A stretch of DNA of 32,000 nucleotides from Psychrobacter cryohalolentis K5 (GTDB lineage: Bacteria > Pseudomonadota > Gammaproteobacteria > Pseudomonadales > Moraxellaceae). Numbering within the stretch: the first letter of the stretch is position 1; each line of letters starts with the position of its first letter. This document shows positions 10,504 through 19,452 of the stretch, piece after piece. The position numbers and the translations under genes were made by a program. The stretch lies in the NCBI RefSeq assembly GCF_000013905.1, contig NC_007969.1, positions 1,710,001 through 1,742,000 on the forward strand. The letters are read 5' to 3'. Under the pieces are notes generated by a model. That model did not search any database and was not told the DNA's origin. It was given only the letters and a program-made list of their open reading frames with translations.

Positions 10504-11829
10504 ATGAATATTTTGGTGATTGGTTCAGGTGGTCGTGAACACGCACTAGCATGGCAGTGCGCAAAAGATAATAATGTAAAAAATATCTATATCGCGCCTG
10601 GTAATGCTGGCACCGCCCTTGAACCCAAATGCCAAAACGTCACTTTGGAAGACGCCACTGATGCAGGCGAGCACAGCGCTGTTATCAAGTTTTGTCAGAA
10701 TAACGCTATCGACATGGTCATCGTTGGTCCAGAAGCACCGTTGGTAACAGGCATTGTCGATGCTTGTCGTGCTGCTGGCATCAAAGCTTGGGGTCCAACA
10801 GCGTATTGCGCGCAGTTAGAAGGCTCAAAGACTTTTGCCAAAGAATTCATGGAACAAAACAATATCCCAACGGCGGCTTATCAGGGCTTTACCGACGCAG
10901 TAGCGGCAAAGGCTTATATCGATGGGCAAGGCGCACCTATTGTAATTAAAGCGGATGGTCTTGCTGCCGGTAAAGGGGTCATTGTTGCTGAGACGATCGA
11001 ACAGGCGCATGAAGCCATTGACGATATGTTGGCAGATAATAAATTTGGCGATGCCGGTAGCCGCGTGGTGATTGAGCAGTTTTTGCAAGGCGAGGAAGCC
11101 AGTTTTATCTGTATGGTCGATGGTGAAAATATCCTGCCAATGGCAACCAGCCAAGACCATAAGCGTGCTTTTGAAGGTGATGCGGGTCCAAACACAGGCG
11201 GCATGGGTGCATATTCTCCTGCGCCAGTTGTCACTCAAGAGGTTCATGATAAAGTCATGGCACAAGTGATTCAGCCTGTTGTAGATGCGATGAAAGCTGC
11301 CGGTTATCCTTATACCGGATTTTTATATGCTGGACTCATGATTGATGATGCGGGCGACCCGTATGTGATTGAGTTTAACTGCCGTTTTGGCGATCCGGAG
11401 ACGCAGCCTATTTTGATGCGTTTACAATCGTCAATGGTTGATTTGGTTGCACAAGGACTTGAAGGTAAATTACCGAGCGAAGCCAACTGGGATGAGCGCC
11501 CTGCCCTTGGTATTGTCGTCGCCTCAAAAGGCTACCCTGAAACTTCATCGAAAGGTGATGTGATTGCAGGCTTGCCAGAATTAAATAATGACAATCAAAA
11601 TTCGGTAAAAGTTTTTCATGCGGGCACGGCTTTTTCTCATGAAAATGCTCCTAGCAATGAGAAAGAAGTCGTGACCAATGGCGGGCGTGTATTATGTGTG
11701 ACTGCATTAGCAGATAGCATCTCAGATGCACAGCAAGCAGCATTAACGGTCACTGCTGCCATTAGTTTTGATGGTGCTCATTATCGCCGTGATATCGGTC
11801 ATCATGCTATTGCCCGTGAAAACATTTAA
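10504..11829 (+). CDS. purD: Phosphoribosylamine--glycine ligase (GAR synthetase)
   Basis: The N-terminus MNILVIGSGGREHALAWQ and the ATP-grasp motifs (IVIKADGLAAGKGV, EFNCRFGDPETQ) are typical of PurD. The listed ORF starts at 10483, but the AAGAGG RBS at 10493-10498 fits the ATG at 10504 (or 10501) better. Confidence 0.95.
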   Translation: MNILVIGSGGREHALAWQCAKDNNVKNIYIAPGNAGTALEPKCQNVTLEDATDAGEHSAVIKFCQNNAIDMVIVGPEAPLVTGIVDACRAAGIKAWGPTAYCAQLEGSKTFAKEFMEQNNIPTAAYQGFTDAVAAKAYIDGQGAPIVIKADGLAAGKGVIVAETIEQAHEAIDDMLADNKFGDAGSRVVIEQFLQGEEASFICMVDGENILPMATSQDHKRAFEGDAGPNTGGMGAYSPAPVVTQEVHDKVMAQVIQPVVDAMKAAGYPYTGFLYAGLMIDDAGDPYVIEFNCRFGDPETQPILMRLQSSMVDLVAQGLEGKLPSEANWDERPALGIVVASKGYPETSSKGDVIAGLPELNNDNQNSVKVFHAGTAFSHENAPSNEKEVVTNGGRVLCVTALADSISDAQQAALTVTAAISFDGAHYRRDIGHHAIARENI

Positions 11830-11873
11830 ATAGTAGTGATAAGTAGCACTTACCTATAGCGACTTTTGATAAA

Positions 11874-11906
11874 TTCGACCTAGCGTGATGCTAGGTTGAA
11901 TTTTTT
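11874..11906 (+). terminator. Rho-independent terminator of purD
   Basis: TTCGACCTAGC-gtgat-GCTAGGTTGAA (one G-U pair) is followed by TTTTTT. Confidence 0.8.
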
Positions 11907-12115
11907 GATTGGTTATAGTTTTTAAAGGCTGCTAAAACTAACAGGCAAAAAATGCTTAAGAATTTCAGTATGCTAGCCTAAATTACAAAGTAAATAACGT
12001 CGCTTGGCTAAGCTGCAAAACCTGCCTTCTTTATATGATACAATTCTGTACACTCATAGCACATCTCCCTTGTATTGTAGGTACATCACCCACAAATCAA
12101 TACCAACTCGATGAA

Positions 12116-13522
12116 ATGACGATATCTATGGCAAACAATACCTCTAGGTCTTCTAATAACAAGCAGTCTATCGATAATTTAAAAACATCGGGGTTTGATC
12201 GTCGTATGTCGATTGCCAAAACCTCATTGAACATTGGTCGACGTTGGGCAGGTAATAGCGTGTCTGGTATGTTTCTTAATAAAGAAGCACGTACAGCACG
12301 TAACCAGATTTTTATGGAAGAACAGGCGCATTATTTGGCAGAAGAGCTTGGTAAATTAAAAGGCTCTGTCGTGAAAATTGGTCAAATGCTAGCGATTTAT
12401 GGTGAGCATATCTTACCACCTGAGATTACCCGTGCCTTACAAACGCTTAATGATGATACAGCGACACTTGCATGGCCAAAAATCGAGCAGAATTTACAGG
12501 ATTTATTGGGTAATAAGCTGCAGGATCTTCAGGTTGACCCTGTCCCTATTGGTACAGCATCCCTCGCCCAAGTTCACCGTGCAACCGTCATAGCCACGGG
12601 TGAGCAAGTGGTATTAAAGATTCAATATCCGGGTGTAGCTGATGCGATTAACTCTGATTTGGCTCTATTTAAGAGCCTATTAAAGGTTAGTAATATCGTT
12701 CCACAAACCCGTTCACTCGATGCATGGTTTGAAGAGATACGTGATTTATTACATCATGAAGTCGACTATGAGGCGGAAGCTGACACAACAGAGCGGTTCT
12801 ATAACCGTTTGATTGACGATGCACGTTATGTTGTACCGAGAATTAACCGCCATTATTCGACCAAGCGCTTACTTTGTATGTCTTATGAGCCGGGTATCAG
12901 TGTGGTTTCTGACGCATTGCAACTACTCCCTCTTGAGCGTCGAAACGCCATCGGTCAGGCGGCTATCGAAATCATGATACAAGAGATTTTCGTTTGGGGT
13001 GAGATGCAAACGGATCCAAACTTTGGTAATTACCTTGTCCGTGTCGCACGCGACGAAACTGAAATTGATAAACTGGTCTTATTAGATTTTGGTGCGATTC
13101 GCCAGTTCGATAACAACTTATTGACGATTGCTCATAATTTATTACGTTCCGGTTATTATCATGATCATCAATCTATGATGAGTGCCATGACTGGTTATGA
13201 CTTTTTTGATACCATGAGTGATAAAGTACGTTCAGATATCGCCTCATTGTTTTTGTTGGCAACTGAACCTTTTAGTGAGCCTGTGATAAACACTGATATG
13301 CCTGCTAATTGTCTAGATGACCAACAGCGCTATATTTGGGCTAACAGTAAGCTGCATACTCGCCTCTCAAATGATGCGACACAAGCGATGCAGTCTTTCG
13401 AGTTCAATCTACCACCTAAAGAGTTTATGTTTATCAGTCGGAAATTTATCGGTGCCTATACTTTTTTGACTGTGCTTGATGCTCGTACGGATTCTAATAA
13501 TTTAGTAAAACCGTTTTTATAA
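12116..13522 (+). CDS. ABC1/UbiB/AarF-family atypical protein kinase-like protein
   Basis: The ABC1 domain pattern is present: VKIGQMLA..., PIGTASLAQVHRA, VVLKIQYPGV, HHEVDYEAEA, QTDPNFGNYLV, LLDFGA. The start is uncertain. The ORF opens at 12035, but the first 27 codons look non-coding, so the ATG at 12116 or 12128 is more plausible. No clear SD precedes any of them. Confidence 0.8.
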   Translation: MTISMANNTSRSSNNKQSIDNLKTSGFDRRMSIAKTSLNIGRRWAGNSVSGMFLNKEARTARNQIFMEEQAHYLAEELGKLKGSVVKIGQMLAIYGEHILPPEITRALQTLNDDTATLAWPKIEQNLQDLLGNKLQDLQVDPVPIGTASLAQVHRATVIATGEQVVLKIQYPGVADAINSDLALFKSLLKVSNIVPQTRSLDAWFEEIRDLLHHEVDYEAEADTTERFYNRLIDDARYVVPRINRHYSTKRLLCMSYEPGISVVSDALQLLPLERRNAIGQAAIEIMIQEIFVWGEMQTDPNFGNYLVRVARDETEIDKLVLLDFGAIRQFDNNLLTIAHNLLRSGYYHDHQSMMSAMTGYDFFDTMSDKVRSDIASLFLLATEPFSEPVINTDMPANCLDDQQRYIWANSKLHTRLSNDATQAMQSFEFNLPPKEFMFISRKFIGAYTFLTVLDARTDSNNLVKPFL

Positions 13523-13681
13523 ACTTATTTTAACGTACTTACTCGACGGATTTTTGAACTGCCTTTCTGGGGCGGTTTTATTTATTACAATCTTAATTGC
13601 TTAGGCTATTTTATAGTTTTAACTTAACCTTAGCATTTTATAGCAAATGTAATTCTTTTATCTTTTACTTAGGCTATTATC

Positions 13682-14347
13682 TTAAATACTCACATCAGCT
13701 ATCATCCACTTATCGAATCTGGTTTGATAACCTTCAGGTTTCTTCATGTTCAATTCCCAACAGGTTTCTTGCCGTGCTAAGTATTTAACTTCAAAATGTG
13801 TACGCTGACTACTGCTTGCAACCTGACTACGCGTATTGGGCAAACACCATACTTCATTTGCTTGATGCTCAGCATTGTCCATATATGTTTCGATGTTGGT
13901 TGCCAATATTATCTCCCCGCCTACCTGTAAGCGTGACAGTAAAAACTCAAAAAACGGCATATTAAGCCATTGTTGATTGGGATTGTGCTGTTCAGGATTG
14001 GGATATAAGATATAGATACTATCGATACTGTTTGGCGCAATTGCATGTACGATCCATGCAATTGCATCAGCATGAATAGCGGTCAAATTGGCAGAATTCT
14101 GCTGCGCTGCCAATTTTTTAAATGCCTCAAACTTATTGCGAGTACGCTCAATCGCAATCAGATGCTTATCAGGATTTTGCATGGCAAAGCTTAAGGCATG
14201 CTTGCCCTTCCCTGCGCCAATCTCCAAAACGAGTGATGATTTAGGTTTAAGTGCTGCGTCTGGCATCAAAAAATCACGTGGTGCTGAGAGTCGTTGAGGT
14301 TGAAATGCCCGCTCTTGCTGATGTGAAAGCTCAAGGTTGTCAGTCAT
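13682..14347 (-). CDS. TrmB-like (Methyltransf_4-type) class I SAM-dependent methyltransferase, divergent
   Basis: A SAM motif I (LEIGAGKGKHAL) is followed by LIAIERT, ADA and a C-terminal THFEVKY segment, arranged as in tRNA (m7G46) methyltransferase TrmB. The canonical basic FPDPWxKxRHxKRR segment is replaced by LYPNPEQHNPNQQW. Confidence 0.55.
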   Translation of the reverse strand: MTDNLELSHQQERAFQPQRLSAPRDFLMPDAALKPKSSLVLEIGAGKGKHALSFAMQNPDKHLIAIERTRNKFEAFKKLAAQQNSANLTAIHADAIAWIVHAIAPNSIDSIYILYPNPEQHNPNQQWLNMPFFEFLLSRLQVGGEIILATNIETYMDNAEHQANEVWCLPNTRSQVASSSQRTHFEVKYLARQETCWELNMKKPEGYQTRFDKWMIADVSI

Positions 14348-14557
14348 TTGCTGTCCTTAAAGTATTTGTCATTTGTCATTATTCGGCTGCATGCTATTAT
14401 ATAGTCAATGCAACCCAATAGTAATATCGCGATATCGATTACTCATCGACAGATAGCTTTCTCAATCAGATTAATAGAGCAATGATTTGAAAATCAATTA
14501 CTGCTTACTTTTTGAGGATACTTTGTTGATAAAACCAAGGATCTCTCTACTTTTATT

Positions 14558-14755
14558 ATGACCGAATCTACTTCTAACGCCAGCCTTTCACCTAAAACGT
14601 ATCCTTGTCCAGAATGCGGTAAGCAAACCACATGGCAAGATAATAAATATAAGCCATTTTGTAGTCATCACTGTAAACTGATCGATCTTGGCGCATGGGC
14701 AAACGAAGACTATACATTGCCTGCTGAGTCGACGCCGTTTTCTGATGAGCTATAA
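14558..14755 (+). CDS. yacG: DNA gyrase inhibitor YacG (zinc-finger protein)
   Basis: This 65-aa protein contains CPECGK...[18 protein letters not shown]. That matches the YacG CxxC...FCSxRCxxIDLGxW zinc-ribbon signature. Confidence 0.85.
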   Translation: MTESTSNASLSPKTYPCPECGKQTTWQDNKYKPFCSHHCKLIDLGAWANEDYTLPAESTPFSDEL

Positions 14756-14811
14756 CATTAAGCGCTTTACCCTCTTACTTTTATCACTTTATGATTCCAA
14801 GGATGCTGTAC

Positions 14812-15993
14812 ATGTCTGCTACTTACCTGATGCCCACTTATCTTCGTCAACCTATCAGTTTTACCCGCGGCTCAGGAAGCTGGCTCTATACTCAAGATGA
14901 GACGCCTTATCTAGACGCATTGACTGGTATCGCGGTATGTGGTTTAGGACATTGCCATCCACAAGTAACCGAAGCTATTCAACAGCAGGCAGCAACATTG
15001 GTTCATACCAGTAATTTATTTGGTATAGACTGGCAAGAGCGTGCTGGTGAAGCATTATGTAATGCCGCGCAAATGGACAGTGTATTTTTTGCCAATAGTG
15101 GCGCTGAAGCAAATGAAGCAGCACTAAAATTGGCGCGTCTATACGCACATCAACAGGGTTTTAAGCGTCCAAAAGTCATTGTGATGGAGCAATCTTTCCA
15201 TGGTCGTACCTTATTATCATTATCAGCAACTGCCAACCCCAAAGCGCGCGAAGGCTTTTACACTTTAGATAATGATTTTATCCGTGTGCCATTTGGGGAT
15301 ATTGCCGCCATTAAACAAGCAGCTCATGACTATGAGGATATTTGCGCGGTATTCGTAGAGCCTATTCAAGGTGAAGGTGGTCTTAATACGGCAGCTAACG
15401 GCTTTACTTACCTTGAGCAGATACAAGCCGTATGCGATACACATAATTGGCTGTTCATGCTTGATGAAGTACAGACAGGCAATGGACGAACAGGTAAGTA
15501 TTTTGCTTATCAGCATAGCAGCGCACGCCCTGATGTATTAACGACGGCTAAAGGCTTAGGTAATGGCTTTCCTGTCGGTGCCTGTATGGTACGTGGTCGC
15601 GCTAATGGCTTATTTGGAGCTGGTAGTCATGGCTCAACCTATGGTGGTACACCGTTAGCCAGTCGTGTGGTACATAGCGTATATGACGTATTGGCGAACA
15701 GTGATATCATGCAAAACGCCGTCAACGAGGGACAGTTTATTCGTGATAGCATGGTTGATGCATTTGGACAATATGGCGTCAGCAGTCGCGGCGCTGGGAT
15801 GATGATTGGCATTGCCCTACCAGAAGACATGGACTGTAGCAAGCTTGTCGATCGTGCTCGTGATGAGCAGAAACTTATCATCAATGTTACAGGCGGTCAT
15901 GTAATTCGTTTGCTACCACCACTTAATATGAGCCGTAATGAAAGCTCACAAGTAGTTGAACGCTTGGTTAATTTACTAAAACCTTCGTTTTAA
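14812..15993 (+). CDS. argD: Acetylornithine (possibly also succinyl-diaminopimelate) aminotransferase, class III PLP enzyme
   Basis: The N-terminus is YLMPTYLRQPISFTRGSGSWLYT. Other matches include GIAVCGLGHCHP, FFANSGAEANEAALKLAR, SFHGRT, the PLP-lysine region LDEVQTG.GRTGK...TTAKGLGNGFP, and THGSTYGG-like GSHGSTYGGTPLA. An AAGGA RBS favours the ATG at 14812 over the ORF-track start at 14791. Confidence 0.85.
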   Translation: MSATYLMPTYLRQPISFTRGSGSWLYTQDETPYLDALTGIAVCGLGHCHPQVTEAIQQQAATLVHTSNLFGIDWQERAGEALCNAAQMDSVFFANSGAEANEAALKLARLYAHQQGFKRPKVIVMEQSFHGRTLLSLSATANPKAREGFYTLDNDFIRVPFGDIAAIKQAAHDYEDICAVFVEPIQGEGGLNTAANGFTYLEQIQAVCDTHNWLFMLDEVQTGNGRTGKYFAYQHSSARPDVLTTAKGLGNGFPVGACMVRGRANGLFGAGSHGSTYGGTPLASRVVHSVYDVLANSDIMQNAVNEGQFIRDSMVDAFGQYGVSSRGAGMMIGIALPEDMDCSKLVDRARDEQKLIINVTGGHVIRLLPPLNMSRNESSQVVERLVNLLKPSF

Positions 15994-16014
15994 ACGTCTA
16001 TTTAACCAAAATAT

Positions 16015-16050
16015 AAAAAGCCTATAGATAAATTATCTATAGGCTTTTTT
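16015..16050. terminator. Bidirectional rho-independent terminator between convergent argD and the LysR gene
   Basis: AAAAAGCCTATAGATA-aatt-ATCTATAGGCTTTTTT is a perfect hairpin with A- and T-runs on either side. Confidence 0.85.
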
Positions 16051-16095
16051 CATTATTAATCATTCAGCTTTGTTAGCATTTAAATAAACTAAACC

Positions 16096-17007
16096 TTAGT
16101 TTGCATGAAAGTATTTTTTTAATACCTCTAAGCAACGCGTGATTTTTGCAGGCTGTTGCTCACGATTTAAGGTTACAGCATATAGTACAAAACTTGGCAT
16201 CTGATAGCCGGTTAGAACTTCGACCAAGTTACCCGATTCTAGCTCTTTTTTGACATCCATTTCCATCATTCTAAGAATACCATGACCTTCTTTAGCGATG
16301 GTCATTGCCATAAAGACGTTATTGGTATGGATACGCGACGTCATTTTGATACGTGTTTTTTTACCAGTCTCAGTCTGAGTCAGCTCAACATTATTTGTAT
16401 CCTTCATGATATCAATACAGATAAGATGATGATCCGCCAAATCTTTCGGTGTTTCAATTTTCTTATGTTGACGTAAATATTGTGGTGAAGCGACCAACAT
16501 TTGACGCACATCAGATAACGGATGATTGCTCACAGTTGAGTCGTTGATATTGGGGCTCATACGTATCGCAATATCGATTCGCTCATCAATCATATCAATA
16601 TAATTATTATCTGCAAAATAGGTAATACTAAGATCATCGTGCGCTGACATCCAAGTCGATAGTGCTGGCAAAATATGATTGACACCAAGCTCTGGGGTCG
16701 TTGCAATACGCAAACTACCTGCCAATTCATCACGTAATTGATTGACTTTAATTCGACCTTGCTCTGCCGCACTTACCACATCTTTTGCCGCTTCATAAAA
16801 GCTAGCACCCGCTTCTGTTAAGCTGAGCTTACGGGTTGAGCGATGTAATAACACCACACCAAGCTCGTTCTCTAAAGAACGTATTTGCTGACTGACGGCG
16901 CTGGTGGTGATACCAAGCTCACGGGCTGAACCACTAAAGGAGCCGTGTCCGACCACACTAGCAAACACAGCCATACCACGTAAATTATCTAACATATTCT
17001 CATCCAA
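16096..17007 (-). CDS. LysR-family transcriptional regulator
   Basis: An N-terminal winged HTH (FASVVGHGSFSGSARELGITTSAVSQQIRSLENELGVVLLHRSTRKLSLTEAG) is followed by a LysR substrate-binding domain of about 200 aa. No divergently transcribed target gene is adjacent. Confidence 0.9.
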   Translation of the reverse strand: MDENMLDNLRGMAVFASVVGHGSFSGSARELGITTSAVSQQIRSLENELGVVLLHRSTRKLSLTEAGASFYEAAKDVVSAAEQGRIKVNQLRDELAGSLRIATTPELGVNHILPALSTWMSAHDDLSITYFADNNYIDMIDERIDIAIRMSPNINDSTVSNHPLSDVRQMLVASPQYLRQHKKIETPKDLADHHLICIDIMKDTNNVELTQTETGKKTRIKMTSRIHTNNVFMAMTIAKEGHGILRMMEMDVKKELESGNLVEVLTGYQMPSFVLYAVTLNREQQPAKITRCLEVLKKYFHAN

Positions 17008-17121
17008 GCTGCTTTTTAGTTGTTAATATAACTTAACCATTATAGCGGATAATGATAAATCTTACAGTTTTTTAATATTAAACTCAGAGTAAGATGTGAG
17101 TGTTCCTTAATCAATAAAGGT

Positions 17122-17162
17122 AAAAAAAATCAAGATGATAGATAAATATCGCCTTGATTTTT
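17122..17162 (-). terminator. Candidate (weak) terminator downstream of dnaX
   Basis: On the minus strand, AATCAAG and CTTGATT (7-bp stem, 18-nt loop) are followed by a T8 run (A8 at 17122-17129 on plus). The stem is AT-rich and the loop is long, so this is tentative. Confidence 0.35.
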
Positions 17163-17234
17163 CAATAAATACAATATTTTTAATAAAGTGCTAATTTTTA
17201 TAAACTATCAATCAATTAATAAATGTATGACTGT

Positions 17235-19292
17235 TTAATATAACTGAACCTTGCCCATTTTTCCTTCGCCGCGCTCGGTTAAATATTGCATCACTGGCGT
17301 ATTAAACAATCTTGATTCTGCCACTGTTTTAGCCTCAACGAGACGTTTTTGTTGACGACGCTCTGGGGTTTTATCATCGGCTTGCGCGATACTGCTATCA
17401 ATTCGTAAGCTGATGGCAGCATCAGGGAATTGTACCTGCATCTTTGTCGCTAGCTGCTCAAAGGTTGCCTGCAAATGCTTACTATCGACTGCTGTGACAA
17501 AGATGGCTTCGGCATTACAGCTGCCTGTCATCATACCTTGACGGGCAAGCGCCAATTCATCTTGAGCCAAACTAGCGGCTTCACGAGCAGTTTGTAGCCA
17601 ATAGTCCCATTTTTCTGGTGTCCACTCACCTATCAATTCTTGCGGCGGACAACGTAGAAGCGCCCGAGGGTCTTCAGATTGAATTAATAATTGAGAATCA
17701 TTTACCTCGGGTTCAACAACGGGTTCAACAACGGGTTCAACAACGGGTTCAACAACGGGTTCAACAACGGGTTCAACAACGGGTTCAACAACGGGTTCAA
17801 CAACGGGTTCAACAACGGGTTCAACAACGGGTTCAACAACGGGTTCAACAACGGGTTCAACAACGGGTTCAACAACGGGTTCAACAACGGGTTCAGGCTG
17901 ATTATTGGACAATTCTAGCGTGTCATAAACGCTAGAATTGTCGTACTGGTTTAAATGACTAGCCTCGTCATTTGAGTAATATTGCTCATGTTGAGTAATA
18001 CTATTATCAGCACCAACATCCTGTTTATCATTGACACTTGTATCAATATTCTCATAAACGATATTATCAGATTGAGTTTGTAATTCTAATGATGATGACA
18101 CTGGCTCAGTGATTAATGTAGCGCTAGAGACAGTGGTAGTAGGTTTTTCTATAGCCATTACCGTACTATCAAGTACATTGGCTAATATCTCATCAACCGG
18201 TAAGGGACGAAAAGCTAAGAGACGTAAAATACACATCTCAAGTGCTTGCATCGGCGTACTGGCAAGCTTGACGCCTTCCCGTGCTTGTACCACAATTTCA
18301 TAATAAAGCTGTAATACGTCAGGGCTCATATGCTGGGCAAGCTGATCGATATGCTGTGCTTGCGCTTCATTGACATTGAGAGCGACTTCGGGCAGCAGCT
18401 GACACAATGCCAACTGATGCAATAGCTCAGCGAGTCCGTCAAACATACTGCTAGCATCAACCATTTGCGCACGCATCTGCTCGATATGGGCAGCGACAGC
18501 AGGCTTATCATGATTATAGATATCTGTAATTAAGCTCACTAAGTCGGCCGCATCAATCAAGCCGAGCATCGAATTAACGGTCACATCATCAAGCGCACCT
18601 TGGCCAAAAGCAATGGCTTGATCGGTCAAGGATAAAGCATCACGTACCGAGCCTTTTGCCGCACTAGCCAATTGCCAAAGTGCAGGCTGTGTATAGCCTA
18701 CTTGTTCTTGAGTTAGAACATTGGCTAAATGCTCACTGAGCAAGCTTTGCGACAAAGGACGTAATACGAACTGCAGACAGCGCGAGATAATAGTAATCGG
18801 CAGCTTTTGTGGATCCGTAGTGGCTAATAGGAACTTGACATGCTCAGGAGGCTCTTCCAAAGTCTTAAGAAGCGCGTTAAAACTGTGTGTCGACAGCATA
18901 TGCACTTCGTCAATCAGGTAGACTTTATAACGGCCTTGGCTTGGCGCATACGGCACATTATCCAGTAGCTCGCGCGTGTCCTCAACTTTGGTACGAGAAG
19001 CCGCATCAATCTCAATCAGATCAATAAAACGCCCTTGATCAATCGCCACGCAATTATCACACACGCCACATGGGGTACTGGTAATGCCAGTATCACAGTT
19101 CAAACATTTAGACAAAATACGGGCGATGGTCGTTTTACCGACACCGCGCGTACCCGTAAATAAATAAGCATGATGCAGACGATTGTAATCAATCGCATTG
19201 ATCAACGCCTGTGAGACATGCGTTTGCCCAATCAACTCGTGAAAGTTTTTGGGGCGGTATTTGCGGGCTAAAACTTGATATTGCTGCGTCAT
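17235..19292 (-). CDS. dnaX: DNA polymerase III subunit tau/gamma
   Basis: YQVLARKYRPKNFHELIGQ, Walker A GTRGVGKTT, the zinc module CLNC...CGVCDNC, Walker B YLIDEVHML and the sensor region ATTDPQKLPITIISRC are all present. A tau-specific C-terminal domain follows a low-complexity linker. The ORF-track start at 19304 is a TTG. The ATG at 19292 gives an N-terminus (MTQQYQVLARKYRP) that aligns with typical DnaX. Confidence 0.95.
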   Translation of the reverse strand: MTQQYQVLARKYRPKNFHELIGQTHVSQALINAIDYNRLHHAYLFTGTRGVGKTTIARILSKCLNCDTGITSTPCGVCDNCVAIDQGRFIDLIEIDAASRTKVEDTRELLDNVPYAPSQGRYKVYLIDEVHMLSTHSFNALLKTLEEPPEHVKFLLATTDPQKLPITIISRCLQFVLRPLSQSLLSEHLANVLTQEQVGYTQPALWQLASAAKGSVRDALSLTDQAIAFGQGALDDVTVNSMLGLIDAADLVSLITDIYNHDKPAVAAHIEQMRAQMVDASSMFDGLAELLHQLALCQLLPEVALNVNEAQAQHIDQLAQHMSPDVLQLYYEIVVQAREGVKLASTPMQALEMCILRLLAFRPLPVDEILANVLDSTVMAIEKPTTTVSSATLITEPVSSSLELQTQSDNIVYENIDTSVNDKQDVGADNSITQHEQYYSNDEASHLNQYDNSSVYDTLELSNNQPEPVVEPVVEPVVEPVVEPVVEPVVEPVVEPVVEPVVEPVVEPVVEPVVEPVVEPVVEPVVEPEVNDSQLLIQSEDPRALLRCPPQELIGEWTPEKWDYWLQTAREAASLAQDELALARQGMMTGSCNAEAIFVTAVDSKHLQATFEQLATKMQVQFPDAAISLRIDSSIAQADDKTPERRQQKRLVEAKTVAESRLFNTPVMQYLTERGEGKMGKVQLY
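17709..17895 (-). repeat. Perfect 12-bp tandem repeat (GGGTTCAACAAC on plus; GTTGTTGAACCC coding) x15 plus a 7-bp partial unit, in frame inside dnaX, encoding (PVVE)n
   Basis: By direct count, units start at 17709+12k for k=0..14 and all are identical. They are followed by GGGTTCA. The translation is EPVVEPVVEPVV... Confidence 0.98.
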
Positions 19293-19452
19293 AATGAATG
19301 CCAAGGTAAGTCGTAAAAATATAAGTAAAGCATCAAATTAGCAATTTATCTTAAAATCAGTTATCGAAGCTAAATGTCAAAAATAAGTGTCGAGCCTAAC
19401 TATTGAATCTAACTATCCAAACCAGCTATCAAACTTAAGTCTCAAAACTAGG

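Noticed and set aside
12035-12115. Upstream extension of the ABC1-kinase ORF (MIQFCTLIAHLPCIVGTSPTNQYQLDE).
   Set aside because: The extension does not look like part of the ABC1 family N-terminus and overlaps the likely promoter region. Internal ATGs at 12116 and 12128 are more plausible, although none has a good SD.
13599-13611. 13-mer GCTTAGGCTATTT present at 13599-13611 and 27165-27177, with an 11-mer copy (CTTAGGCTATT) at 13668-13678, all near gene 3' ends. This could be a small dispersed repeat.
   Set aside because: My rough estimate is that in a 32-kb AT-biased window searched on both strands, chance 11-13-mer matches are expected (tens of pairs, a few triples). There is no extended similarity or inverted-repeat structure around the copies.
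17040-17052. TTAT-N5-ATAA (T-N11-A) dyad just upstream of the LysR gene, as a LysR autoregulatory box.
   Set aside because: The motif is very short and such dyads are frequent in AT-rich spacers. There is no divergent target gene to support it.
17709-17895. Possibility that either tandem array (12-bp at 17709-17895, 7-bp at 31551-31655) is a CRISPR array.
   Set aside because: The units are directly abutting with no spacers. They are far shorter than CRISPR repeats, and no cas genes are present.
17618-17935. ORF-track entries running through the dnaX repeat on other frames or strands (17618-17935 +, 17691-17918 +, 17702-17887 -), encoding (QQRV)n, (GFNN)n and (LLNP)n.
   Set aside because: The 12-bp unit lacks stop codons in five of the six frames. 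Any frame crossing the array is therefore artificially open, and these ORFs are by-products of the repeat inside a well-supported dnaX frame.
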